30,962 nucleotides of DNA, from assembly GCA_002269645.1 (NCBI GenBank), contig NIVC01004934.1:1-30962 (forward strand). The letters are read 5' to 3'. Of the stretch, positions 1 through 11,814 are shown piece after piece; the first letter of the stretch is position 1, and each line of letters opens with the position of its first letter. The notes under the pieces are model-generated. The model was not told the DNA's origin. It did not search any database and worked only from the letters and a program-made list of their open reading frames with translations. The DNA comes from Macrostomum lignano. Its lineage: Eukaryota. The translations under genes were made by a program, and so were the position numbers.

Positions 1-2
1 CT

Positions 3-1265
3 TTGTTTCTACTATACGACAGTGTTCATTTGATGAAGAATATTCGCAACAACTGGTACACCCAATCGCACAGACAACTTGAGTTCCAGTCAATATCAGA
101 CAGCGGAGTAACTAGTATAGCTAAATGGAATGATATTATTGAAATTGAGGAGCGATCGCGTGGTCACGTAGTTCGACCAACTACGCTCAGTCCGGTGTCT
201 TGCCACCCGTCACCATTGGAACGACAGAAAGTTTCACTAGTGCTTGATGTGTTCAATGATAAAACGGTTGCTGCTCTTCGTTTGAATAATCGTCTTGAAA
301 CAGCGGATTTCGTTGAAAGTGTACTAAAATTCTGGAAAATCGTAAACTGCAAGTCGCCATCTGCATACGTCCTACTTAATGACAAATATAGAGAGCCAAT
401 TAAGTCAAACGAGTGCTACTTGGTGAGTTTGTTAATAATTAACAACTGTTAGATGAATATGCACACCTTTGTTTTTTATTAAAATCGACAGTGATTGTAC
501 TAAACCTTTCAGGTGAATGCCAGTCGGACCGACTCGAGGGAGAGTTTTCCATTTATCGTCAAGGTCATGGAGGCTGCTATTACATATCAGTGGATCAGAT
601 TATGGCTAGTGCTCGCCTCCGCCGCATGCAGCTCTATGCGCAGCTTCAAGCTTCGCCACCAGATCACTCGCCATCCGCATGTTGTCAGCATGATGTCACC
701 GATGAAGAGACTGTCAGTTTTGACGAGCTAAGTTTATCCGTTGCTCGAATTTCTACCGAAGAAAAAGCCTCTCTTTACTACATTTGTGGCTACGTTTCAC
801 ACAAAGAAAATTTGCCTGACCGAACAATTGCAACAAGTTTGCCTGGTCTGGATACTTCCACTGCTTGTAGTGAGTTCACCACGCTTGTATCTCGAGGGAA
901 ACTGAGCCATCCGCCTGAATGGTTAGTTGTCTTTGCCTGCTTCTGTTATGCCCATTCTATTGGTTCTGGGCAGCGTTGTGTTAACAGTTCCGTGCTTGTA
1001 TTTGAAAAAATCTTCGAAAAATTTTTTTATGTTTAACTGGACCGAGATCTGCTGCGTGGAGTGTCTCGAAGACTGGCCAACTCCATCTATAAAGGCATGG
1101 GGCCCGTTCTATAAAGCCAGCGTAAGATAAGATCGTTCGACGTACGATCGAACTTACGCTACGACAGCTTTATAGTACGACCCCATGGTGCGCAGAGATT
1201 CCGAGACGTCCAGACAATCAACCACCGTTTGCTCTCGCCAAATCCGCAAACTGAAGCCTAGCTGA
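3..1265 (+). mobile_element. Degenerate P-element/THAP9-type DNA transposase, C-terminal part (runs off window start)
   Basis: Motifs LYDSVHLMKNIRNNW, QSDRLEGEFSIYRQGHGGCYYIS, LYYICGYVSHK and SRGKLSHP match the P/THAP9 transposase family. After the TAA at 1034-1036 the same frame continues LDRDLLRGVSRRLANSIYKG, and a RQIRKLKPS* tail ends near 1265. The segment between 452 and 510 cannot be spliced in frame, so it is deleted or decayed. Confidence 0.8.
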
Positions 1266-1529
1266 ATGTTTCTTTCAAACACCTGCATATTTTCAAACTT
1301 TGTTATAGCCATCTATGTTTTCCTTATACAGTTATGTACGGAGTTTTCCGATTCGTTGCATATCGTACTTTTCAATTGTCATTTATAATTCTTATGCTGG
1401 GAATATTTGCATATATTTATTGTTTGTATAACTGTAAAATAATTATTATAGCGCAAAACTTTTATAATTATCTATCACTTAGTACTTGCTTCTTTATCCA
1501 AAAGGCTTATTAAAAAACCATAGACACAG

Positions 1530-2165
1530 CTAAAGCAAACGGCCTTTTCTAGAATTTCTGCCATTCGCGAGTGCAGCGTCCTGAGTTGTTAAGTAGTCCT
1601 TGGCCTCGGCATGCTTGGCTTCATCAGCTTTCCGCTCCTCGCAACGGAGGATCGTCAGCTCAGTCAGACCAATGTGGATTGTGGACTTAGGCGGTAGGCG
1701 CTTAGCCCAGTCGTCGGAGAGCCCTAGGATCACCGTAGCCCCCTTCTCCTTGCGGGAAGTGGCGTGGTACAGGAGCCCTTTGACTTCGAGGTCAGGGTGC
1801 AGCTTCAGCAAGATTTGCCTAAGCTGATCTCCGGACTTAATGGCACTGCCGGCCGGGATCCAGACGCGAAAGCGCTGGGTTTTTGTCGCTCGCCCTTGCT
1901 GGCGAAGACGAGCTTGCCGAGCTTCTTGGGCCAGTTCAGCTTTGGCAGAAGCTCGCGTAGATTGCGGCTGCTCTCCTCCGAGTTGCACCAGATGAAGATG
2001 CAGCCGTCGGTCTTGACAGACTTGACCACGCTCACGGGCGGCCTGCCAGGAGCTGGTTAATGAGCGCAGTATCAATGGTGCGCCAGGCACTGTCGAGCTC
2101 GTCTGCCGTGAGGTCTTGCTCTTCCCCGAAGACGATGACCGCCGGTTGGAGCTTGACCTTTGAGA
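1530..2165 (-). mobile_element. DUF4780-like gag/ORF1 fragment of a non-LTR retrotransposon (R1/LOA-like), two frameshifts
   Basis: Joining frames (shifts near 2035 and 1878) gives PAVIVFGEEQDLTADELDSAWRTIDTALINQLLAG / VKTDGCIFIWCNSEESSRNLRELLPKLNW / QRFRVWIPAG...LKLHPDLEVKG...GATVILGLSDDW...IHIGLTELTI. This follows the DUF4780 pattern G-x-C, RVWIP, hP-x-L, terminal hG-x-h. Confidence 0.6.
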
Positions 2166-2169
2166 CGTG

Positions 2170-3855
2170 TGTGTGTTAACCTACGACCGGGGTCCCAGCC
2201 CGCCGAGGGCGGCCGACTCCAGAAAGGTGCACTTCTCTATCAGGTTAGTCCATAAGTCACTCGGACAAAGCTGCGTCAGATAGGCGCAGGGCAGTTGAAG
2301 AGGTGGGCCACCGTTTGGGGCTCAAGGCCGCCGCAATCAGGACAAACCGCGGCGACGCCAGGGTTGAGCCTCGAATAAAAAAAAGTCTCGGAGAAACGGG
2401 CAGAAACCGGAGCGAAGCTGCGCCAGCGTGCACCGCACACGGCGGGGAGGCGAACTTCGGAGCGGTGGATCTCAGATCGTTGCGCACGAATGACGCGGTT
2501 CGGTGGCAAACTGTCCAGCATGGCCTATAGTGCCTGCGTGTGTTGGGCCCGCTTGGCGCGATACCAGGCTGCAGCCAGCGTCAAGGACATCCGGGGCTGG
2601 AACCGAACCCAATCGGCGTTAAAATGCTCAGCAGTGAAGATGGAGGCTTTCATGAGTCTACGCAGAGGTGGCAGACAGGAAAGATGGTGGCATGGATGTT
2701 CCGGGCGTCTGGTGCGGAGCTTGAACTGGAGCGAAAGGAGCTGGTTGTGTTGGCGGACGGTGAGCAACTGAACTTCACTGTGTAGATCCGTTTCAGAGGT
2801 AAGGGCTGTGCAGCCGGTGATGCTGCGACTCGCCGCATTCTCGACCGATTGAAGCCGAGTCCAGGACGAGTTCGAGATGATGGGCCCCAGACCGGCGCAG
2901 CGTTGTCGAGCAGACTTCTGCCAAGAGCTTTAAAGGTGTCAGCAAAAGTTCCTTGCAGCAGCCCAGGATGAGGCGGCGAGGCAACGTAGCAGGCTGTTTC
3001 TTTTCCGAGTTTTCTCCACAAAGATGGAGACGTGTCTCGCGAAGGAGAGTTTGGGGTCGAAGTCACGCCCAGAGTTTTCGGATGGAGGACCTGCGGCAGT
3101 GGGGAGCCGTTTATGAAGACATTAAGCTGGCAGAAGTATTCGCGCTGGTCTGGACTGAACAGAGTGGCCGTACACTTTGATGTAGAACTCTGGAGCTTGC
3201 GCGACTCGAGGAACGGAGCGAGTTCAGCGAGATAGTGATTCAGTTGTTGTTCAATGGAATTGCAGCTTGGGGACGAGGCGGCAACGGTAAGATCGTCAGC
3301 GTAGCCGATTAGCTTAGTAGTCGGATTGATGGGCACGGGAGCCTTAGCCAGATAAAAGGCGAAAAGAAGCGGGCTGATGGCGCTGCCCTGTGGTACTTCA
3401 ATGCGAACCTGCCGCCACTTGGACTTAGAGTCTCGCATGAAGGTCCGGGCTTGTCGTCCAAGAATATAGTTGGCGAGCCAGGCCTTAACAGAGTTCGGAA
3501 GATCCGATTCGGCGAGGTCGGAGAGTAATTTGTAATGGTCAACGCAGTCAAACGCCATCCGAAGGTCGATCGCGCCAACGCCGGTCCTGGCCGGGGGTTT
3601 CGACAGGCAGAATCCCGAGCAAATCTGCTCGACCAGTTGGCAGAGGGCGGTCATGGTTGAGTGGTGCGGGCGGAAGCCATGTTGCCAGGCAGGAAGCTGA
3701 AGATGGTCAGTCAGAAGCGGTAGCAGGATCTTCTCCAAGATTTTGGCGAGCGGCGACAGGAAGGAGATCGGGCGGTACGACGCGCCATCGTCCTGCGGTT
3801 TGCCATCTTTCAGAAGGGGACAGATTAAGGACTTCTTCCAGACCGCAGGGATCTC
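2170..3855 (-). mobile_element. Non-LTR retrotransposon (I/Jockey-group-like) ORF2, 3' part: RT, thumb and C-terminal CCHC; frameshifted
   Basis: EIPAVWKKSLICPLLKDGK...SYRPISFLSP, QHGFRPHHST, AIDLRMAFDCVDH, VPQGSAISPLLF, YADDLTV, downstream LDNAAPVW, MLTVRQHNQLL, CPDCGGLEPQTVAHLFNC, and a short (AC)n-like tail near 2168-2178. Confidence 0.95.
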
Positions 3856-4266
3856 GATACCCTCCGCACCAATAACCCGTCGGACCCGTCGGACCTACAA
3901 GCGCAAATCAATTCGAGCCTCGAAGCGGAGAAACGGGACCGCTGGAACAAATTCCTCCTTGAGAACGGCAACCAGCCCAGGATCTGGTCCACTTTTAAAA
4001 AGCTGGCCAGACGCCCGAACGCAGATAAAATGTCATACTAAAGTTCAACGAAAAACCGGCCCTTTCTGGTGCCGAAACTGCGGACCGGCTCAATTGTCAG
4101 TTCACGAGGCCGCGCCTTCACTGCTCCAACCCGCAGATGCGTGTCGTCCGTCGACGTATTAAGGCCCTACCTCGCGCCGCCGGAGACGCTCCTGTCTGTT
4201 CGGCCGATGGCATCGAGCATGCCATCAAGCGGTCCAAGCTCTCCAAAGCCATCAGCCCGGACGGAA
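3856..4266 (+). mobile_element. Inverted 5' segment of the same LINE ORF2 (linker just upstream of the RT)
   Basis: The plus strand reads DTLRTNNPSDPSDLQAQINSSLEAEKRDRWNKFL...IWSTFKKL / NVILKFNEK...ADRLNCQFT...RVVRRRIKALP...IEHAIKRSKLSKAISPDG. This sequence normally lies immediately upstream of IPxxWK, but here it is in the opposite orientation. Confidence 0.85.
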
Positions 4267-4268
4267 CC

Positions 4269-4516
4269 CCCCTATTGAGAGTCAGCCTGTCTCAGAAATC
4301 CCCATTGAGAGACAGTCTGTCTCAGAAATCCCCATTGAGAGTCAGTCTGTCTCAGAAATCCCCATTGAGAGTCAGTCTGTCTCAGAAATCCCCATTGAGA
4401 GTCAGTCTGTCTCAAAAATCTCCATTGAGAGTCAGTCTGTCTCAGAAATCCCCATTGAGAGTCAGTCTGTCTCAGAAATCCCCATTGAGTCAGTCTGTCT
4501 CAGAAATCCCTATTGA
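4269..4516. repeat. 30-bp minisatellite, about 8 copies
   Basis: Unit CCCCATTGAGAGTCAGTCTGTCTCAGAAAT repeated in tandem; one copy is shortened. Confidence 0.97.
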
Positions 4517-5519
4517 ACTGCCCGAGCGGCTGACTAAGCCGCCGTGTGCCGAAAGCCCCCAGCCTCAGCGCTTGGGAGAACACGGGTGCCGAATTACGAG
4601 GCCTGAGTCGTGAAAGTAACTATTTTATTTTTAGTACGAACTACATAGTAGCTAATACAACAAGGCAGAAGCTAAAGTTATTTATTTATTCACACTATTT
4701 ACGAGCTTAAGCATAAGGTACGGAAAAGTCAAGACTTTTAATCACCGATTTCATTAGAAAGTACCTTAAAATCACAGACAGGCATTGCACAAACAAAAGC
4801 CGAAATGCAGATCAGCTGATTTCTAGTATTTTCTGCACAGTGTATTTGTAATTTTATTATTCTGAGCGCTTGCGCATCATGCTCAAATTGATACTGAAAT
4901 ATTTAGCTATAATCATTAGTCATGCCAATATCGCAGTTATAAATTTTACATCTAAACAGAGTTGGTGAGAATTAGCAGGTTTCTTTTGTCTGATTAAAAC
5001 TATTTGATTAGAAACAAAAATACCATTGAATACTGTCACTCTATCTACTCACATTTTGGAGAATTCGGCTCATACACTGAAGCCAGTGCAAAAACAGATA
5101 ATGATGGCGTCCACGCTATTAATTCGAGTTTTAGGATATGAGAAATAACAATTCGACAGTAATTGGACTTGCGATATCAAAGCAATTTAATACTCGTACA
5201 CTGACTGGGCTGGCTTAGAAATTTAGATTAATTGTGAGCGGATTGAATGCATTGAGCGAATGGTGGGTCAGGCTTGAGAATACTAATTTGGTTTGATTGC
5301 AGTACAGATAATCGTAAATCACAGGTTAAACAGGGGCGGGATACAGCTTAGCTACTTATTGTTGATAGTTCTGACTAAAAAATCCGAGCAGAGGAACGGA
5401 AAGAGCATTTTCTAGAAAACAAATTCAAGGCTACTTGCCAAAATTAAATGAGAAGGAGTGTTTATTTAGCGAGTTTCCAAGCCCAGATCTCCAAGATCGC
5501 TGGTGATTGAACTGCGAGC

Positions 5520-8500
5520 TCACTGGATCAGCCACTGCTGTGCAGATACCGTGAGGACAGCCAGAGAGCAGACGGCTCCAGCACTGAGCCACGCCAGATC
5601 CATCTTTAGTTGAGCCGACGATTTCGTCTGCGTCGAGTTTCGTGACGACGACTTGGCCGTGGAATTGGTCTTGTTCGGGTCATTTGCCAAAGTTTGCGCC
5701 ACGGTCCGGTGGACGTGCGAAGTCAATTGTTTGGTGGTCTGCGTATGATGTACAATATGTACATTGCGTATGGGCATACTGAACTTATGGTTTGTCACGC
5801 TGGTCAATGTTCTGGCCATAGTGGAAGGGAGTAGGCCTAATCGCTTTTCGTCTTCAGCGGCCAAGGGCTTCTCATCTTGAATGTACAATCTATCGATAGA
5901 CACACTGGACACGTTTGCAGCGGATATGGCAATCACTTTTATAAACATCGGAGGTTCATTGAGAGCCATATACTGATTGTAGATGTTCAACGAAGATTGG
6001 TTGGTGACAGCCAGTTCCGGACAGGAGTAATATCCGTTTACAGCGGTGCAGTTTCCACCTGTTTCTCTGTAGCGAAGACTGTAGACAGGCACATCTGTTG
6101 GAGTCAATTCGGATGAACATGAGCGTTAAAAAGAGTGAAATGTGCATGACAGCTGTGCAACAAATACTCGTATTTGGGGCACTGTTTGCTCTTTGAACCA
6201 GATGCCAAAATGTGTTTTGGTTTTATGAAAAAATATTTTTCAATAAAATTCACATTTCAGCTTGTACTTTAGCAGAGCTGCTTCAAGCGTTACACCTACC
6301 TGCTTTAGGCGGGAGTAGACCAGACGGATCTTTAACTGGATTCCATTTGATCTCAATTATTTTACTCGCATAATCTTTTCTGCTTATATAGATCGCCATG
6401 CTTGGCTTAGGAACAATACGACGTCTGTCAAAGTTGGGGTCTTCCGCCTGAACAGTCAAGGTGCCGCCAGACAATTGCATTTGGAACGGGAACGTGATAA
6501 ACACATCGACAGCGTATTGACGAGCTTTCTGTACTGCATAGAGTGGTACCATGGCACTGTATGCTCCTCTATCTGTACAAATGAAGTATGAGCAATATGC
6601 CTTTTAAATCGCTGTTTAACAACAATAGTTTTTGTAAAGCTGCTACTGAATTTTTAGTCTTCACTTACTGTAATATTGTTCAGATAGATTAAATCGAGCC
6701 ACTTCCTTGTTGCTTGCTGTGACAACTGCGTATATTTGATACTTGTGTTGAATCTGAGATCTTGGTAACAGGTTCACGAAGACACCGATTCGAGTATCAT
6801 ACTTGACCATTGTCACATTATTTGGCTTCACCCTACACGTAGTATCTCTGGGCAGTAAGGCAAATTGTCTTCCTGTGATAACTATAGTCATTGTTGAGGC
6901 CGCCTGTCTGCGAATCCGGCGTGCGAGACCGACTGCGAGATTCGTTAGCGTCCACTTTCCGCTCTGTTGGAGTGGCGGGTTACTATTGTTTGGGAATCCT
7001 TAAAGTTGACGGTTCTTAGTACTCGTAATTAACTGCCTAAACTATACCCCCCATTTCGAATTTTTTGCTCCTGAAAGAGCATATTTAGAATTTAGTAACA
7101 CACTGTTACAGTAGCTGTTAAAATATTGGCTTTTTGCTTTGGCACGTAAATTGGCTCAACTGACCTCTACCTCTGCGTCAGGAATTTGCATTGTCACGGA
7201 TCCGACTGCAACATCAACTGTACAAACGGCACTGCTGCCTCCAGAGCAATTGAAAGTCCTACCGCTCGGCGACCGAAACATGAGGCGCAGAGAGCCAACC
7301 TTGGCGGGATCGCTTGGCAGAAACAGCGAGAAGACGAGGTTGCTGCGAGTACTGACGTCGAATTCCACCGGATACGCAGGTCAGAGGGAACTTGCCTCGA
7401 ATCCAGCTGTGGGAACAAGGAACAGTTCGTACGGAGTCAAACTAAGATGGAAGACAATCGGAATGCAACCAGTGCACTACCTAAGCGCATTTGATTTATT
7501 TAGTAACTTAACTAGACACAACACTAAAAATAGTTTGTCGCTTAAGTAGGTTATGTGACTGATTTCAGAAGAATCCCGTTGAGCATATTTTCATAATGCT
7601 GCAGGATCTCATTGGAGCTCTAATCTCACCCATTTCTCCCCTATCTCTATATCATCTCTCCTCCATCTCTCCCTCGCGTATTTTCCATCTTTTGCATCCT
7701 CTCTCCTTTATTTTACTTATCAATTTAAAATTTAAACTTTCATTTTTAATTTCGACCGATACTTGGTAAGCAAAATAAAGGTAGATCAAAATGAGAGCTA
7801 AAGCTCAAAGAGGGTCCTGATATCTTAGCCTGATATAATAGCTGGCTTTCAGAGTTTTTACGTTACGTTAAAACATCATTTACGTTGGGATAATAACAAT
7901 AGCGACTGTAAAAAGTGAAAGGCTGCTTATTGCTAGTGTTAAGAAGACACTTATTTGCTTCAGTAATTAAGTAACATAATGCATTACTACGTTTTGGCTT
8001 TCACGGCCCCCTGAGAATTTTATCCCCGGTCAACAGCAGACTTAAACCCTTACTCAGACAAAAAGAATTTGGCTGTTGTCGATGAATACAATAATAGATG
8101 GTGAAAGAAGCGAAAAGTAATAAATTTTTGTCGAGCAAGCTTCACAATAGAATTCACCCCAACTCACGACGACGGTCTTGTTCACGCCAGCGAGACCAGA
8201 CTGTAGTGAGGTGAACTCCAGTATTAGTTTGGACGCTGCAAGCTTGCTGTCGACCGGACTATATAGCTTGCGACCGTCCGTGACGTCGGCAAGAAGCGAC
8301 ATCCGCATGTCCGCACTGTCACCGAACCGAATGGTGTCGACTCTGAGGCTCGTTTTCGATATCGCATCGATGGTAGAGTTCAGCTTGCTGCTGCAGCCTT
8401 CCTGACCATCTGAGACCAAAAGTATCTGACCACTCGATCGATGAGTTGGACTTGTTACGTTCTCACCTAGCAGCTGGGTGATTTGATTGAGAAGTAGGGG

Positions 8501-10888
8501 ATTCAGTCAGTGGTACCTGACCTGGACTATGGCTTGACTAAGAATCTGACTGTGCGTAAATCTGTTAAATGACCAAATCACTGACCTTCATAGCCTCTTG
8601 AACAGCTCCACCGATGCAGGTGCTTCCTCCGGCAGTCAGTTTCGAGACGGATTGCATCAGCTGACGTCGAACAGCCGGTGAGTCAACCAGGATGAAATTT
8701 TGCAGCACAGTGGGTCCGCTAGTAAAGCTGATCAGGGCGCACTCTGACCCGGTCTTCAGAGTGAAGGCAATGTAATTGTTCACTGCATTAATCAAATTTT
8801 GCATTCGGTTGTCCTGAATGGGTCCAAAATGAGTTAGAATGAGTTATTGGTGGATAGTAATCTTTGTGTACTTTTGAAATTGACTTTTTAATTGAATAAA
8901 TATAGTCACCTCTTTTGAGCATGTCATTATGAAAAAACTCTTCCACTTGATCCCAAAAATTTGAAAAGGTTACAAAGTTACAAAGAGCAGAGCATGGAAA
9001 GGAAGTGATGCAACTGAGACAAAGCAAGCGGCTTCTCACCGAACGCATGCTACTCGATGTATCCATGACGATCACAACACGGTCTCTTTTGGGTTCAACC
9101 ACTAGACGAAAGTTGAACTTTGAGTTCACTATAGTAGCAGAGCTGATAGGCCGTAGAAAATCCTCGTGGTCTCTGATGACCTCCGCAGCGCTGCGTGCAT
9201 TGCAAAATTTGTTGAGTAAGTTGTCGGCATCCTTGTTGTGCCTGTGCCTGGTGTCGGAGACCTTAAAGTCCGCATCGCAGAAGCGGGTCACTCCGGCGCT
9301 GTAGGGCTCGAACAGGAACGAGGCAACGTTGGAGTACGCAGGCTCGGTCACCACGATTTTGCAGTTGGGTTCGCCGAATTTGCAGCTGCGTCCGGTTTGA
9401 TTGCCGCTGGCCACTTCCAGCTTCACCTGCAGGTCCGGGTTGCAGGAAGAGAGCCTGGGAAGAACTCTGTTATACGAATCCTTGCTCTTCTGTATCGGGT
9501 TACTCAATGGGTCTTCGCTGAACAGGCCCCAGCGGAACTGCGAAAAGTACAGAGCCATAGTCCTGGCCACCGCTGTGGGATGTGCGGATCAGGGTGGAGC
9601 CGTGGCAGCAATGGGGAAAAGCGTGGCTTGTTAAAGTTGAGGGACTTTTTTAACTCAATCAAGTTTCTTAATTGTTTTGTCTCGACATGAAAATATTTGA
9701 AGAAAAAAATGTTAGCTGCTCATACTTTTCCGCTTCAGTTCTTTTATTCATGGCAGTGGATGAAAATACACTAGATTAGCTACACATTTAACCGTTTAAT
9801 TTAAAATTAACTGTTTAATGATTCTATTTCGGCAAGTAGATCTTCAATTTTATTTTCTATATTTAGCTACTTCAACCATTATTCAATTTCGTCAATAGGA
9901 TATTCTATTTCATGCAAAATAGAATAGGATATTTTATTTCATTTTCTTGATGTTTTTATTTTTTCAAATACATACTGAGGAGGTTTTTTTACGGACAAGT
10001 TGGGCCTGATTTTTTGTTGCATTTCTTTAAGTTTGTTCTCTTCACCAATTTTGTTCCATTCATAACAGTCATGTACATGTACAAGGCAGGAGAGGGGAAA
10101 TTGAATGGGAAATCTGCATGCGGGAGCTAAATGTAGCTAAATGCACTTAATGCAGAATGGTGAAATTGAATGTCATCTTGCCGGAATGGAATGTGAGCTT
10201 TGTTGAAGTTGAACTGAAAATGTGTAGTTAGTATTTTTTATCTATATATAGTTTTATCTAACCTAGAGAATCTATTAAGCATCAACAATATGAAGCATCA
10301 AGAGAATTCTTACATTTGTAGATGTTGCTGGACTCGAGACTCTTGGTCGAGAGTTTCACTTTTTCTGCTTGAGCTCCGCAGAAGAAGTCTTCCCACACTA
10401 CACCCTCATCAGACTCCTTGATGTCTGGAGAGACAACGAAATCCGCGTTCTCTGGCCGCTGCCACGTCGCTGGGTGCAGCTGAAGCCTCGAATTGTTCGA
10501 TTCGGCGAGCTTCTCACCCAGACTGTGCGGCAGCAGCACGCTGACCTCGCCGAAGCCGAGACGGCGGCCCACAGTATGGGTGAGCTTCTCCAAGATGTCC
10601 GAGGCCTCCCGAAGGGCGGTCTGAAAGGTCAAAGCAGCACTGGATATTCTCCCAGACTTCAGTTTCAATATCACACAATCCTAGCGTATTATGCCTCACC
10701 TGCAGCACATGAAGTAGATGAGCATAGTGCTTCTCCTGCACGTTGCCGTCTGCAGGTATTTGCACAAAGACTAGCAAGTCGTTATAGTAGCCGTCATCAG
10801 CGAGATGCAGTTTGCTTGACGCATCGAGCTGGATGCAAAAAGCAGCCAGAAAAGTCATGAAGATTGTGCTGACGTTTTTTAGCCTCAT
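5520..10888 (-). CDS. CLCA: CLCA-family (calcium-activated chloride channel regulator-like) secreted/membrane-anchored protein, ~990 aa, 9 exons, with a degenerate protease motif
   Basis: GT-AG exons: 10888-10700, 10620-10314, 9572-9040, 8813-8586, 8473-8168, 7406-7171, 6963-6669, ~6600-6300, 6094-5520. Domain order: signal peptide; CLCA N-terminal domain (GYYNDLLV, FGEVSVLLP, RWGLFSE, VTRFC, HNKDADN..NKFC, EVIRDHEDF); vWA (RVVIVMDTSSSM, GGSTCIG, LLVSDGQE); beta domain (FRSPSG, DAESGKWT); SGGTLTV plus FnIII-like (IEIKW, YSLRY); Ser/Thr stalk; hydrophobic C-terminus. There is a 1-nt frameshift near 7375 and the exon 7/8 phase is unresolved. Confidence 0.92.
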
Positions 10889-11354
10889 GTTTAAGGATTC
10901 TGTGCAGATAAAAGTTGGCAGAATTTCTATACTGAGCGTTGGCTCTGCAACAGATGAACTGGGGCTGGCAGGCAACTCAGCTCGAAGCGAAGCCGCTCCT
11001 CTCGATCTCGACCTGTACTCGCCTCAGAGCCATGGGAGTTTCAGCCACAGACAGAAATTCTGCTGAGCTGCCGGCTTAAAGCTTCGTGCATAAATTTATT
11101 GCTGTATAAAAGTACTTTTAGACGAAACTCCAAAACAGGGCGGCTCGAGCGGCAGTAAGCGGCAAATAGTCTATGGGCCTGAGGGCGGTCAGGCTTAGGA
11201 AACAGGTTCAAGTTGAACTTGGGATAACAAAATATCAAAGCAGACAGTGCTTTTCAGTGAAAGAGTGAGGAAAGAACAAGATGTACTTTTATTAATCGTT
11301 GTCATTCTTGAAATTACTTTAATAACAAATTAAGCCATGAGAATCAGGCAATGA

Positions 11355-11700
11355 GGCAAACAAAGCGGCGTTTGGCGAGCAAGAGGCGGATAAGCTGCGC
11401 GGCAGCATAAATAGGCAGGCAGCCTCACAGTTTAAACCCGTTTGAAATGGTGGCTCCTTCATGTTTAACATGATGGCACTTTTATGTTTGAAATGGTGGC
11501 TCTTTTATGTTTGACATGGTGGCTCTTTCATGTTTGAAATGGTGGCTCTTTTATGTTTGACCCTCACAGTTTAAACCCCATCACCCCGCACCACGTACAT
11601 TGGCAAGCGACTGAACGCGCAGAGTAGTGGACACAATAAACCATGAGGATCTGGAAAGGCAAGAAGGCAAACAAAGCGGCGTTTGGCGAGCAAGAGGCGG
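11355..11700. repeat. ~36-bp direct repeat pair downstream of the tyrosine recombinase (possible DIRS/Ngaro terminal repeats)
   Basis: GGCAAACAAAGCGGCGTTTGGCGAGCAAGAGGCGGA occurs at about 11355-11390 and 11667-11701. The repeat is seen directly; the DIRS interpretation is inference. Confidence 0.7.
11440..11561. repeat. 23-bp tandem array (~5 copies) flanked by a 17-bp direct repeat
   Basis: Unit GTTTGAAATGGTGGCTCTTTTAT; CCTCACAGTTTAAACCC occurs at 11423-11439 and 11562-11578. Confidence 0.92.
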
Positions 11701-11814
11701 AGAGCGCAACGAAGCGTTAAAGTGGGAGCAGAAAACAAACACCCAACCCCAAAGAGGATAAGACAGTTAGAGTAGAGACGGGAAAATTAAAAACGCGACA
11801 CCATCTGACCGACC

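Noticed and set aside
423-512. GT...AG intron in the transposase
   Set aside because: The donor is phase 0 and the acceptor needs phase 1, so splicing does not restore the frame. A deletion or decay is more likely.
2155-4282. Possible TSD around the inverted LINE (CCTTTGAGACGT vs CCTATTGAGAGT)
   Set aside because: Needs indels to align, and one copy is part of the minisatellite, so it is not a credible TSD.
4270-4613. RVSLSQKSPL repeat protein at the end of the 4137-4613 ORF
   Set aside because: Read-through of the inverted LINE piece into a 30-bp minisatellite.
7139-7549. 136-aa plus-strand ORF
   Set aside because: Antisense shadow of CLCA exon 6, which has splice sites and family motifs on the minus strand.
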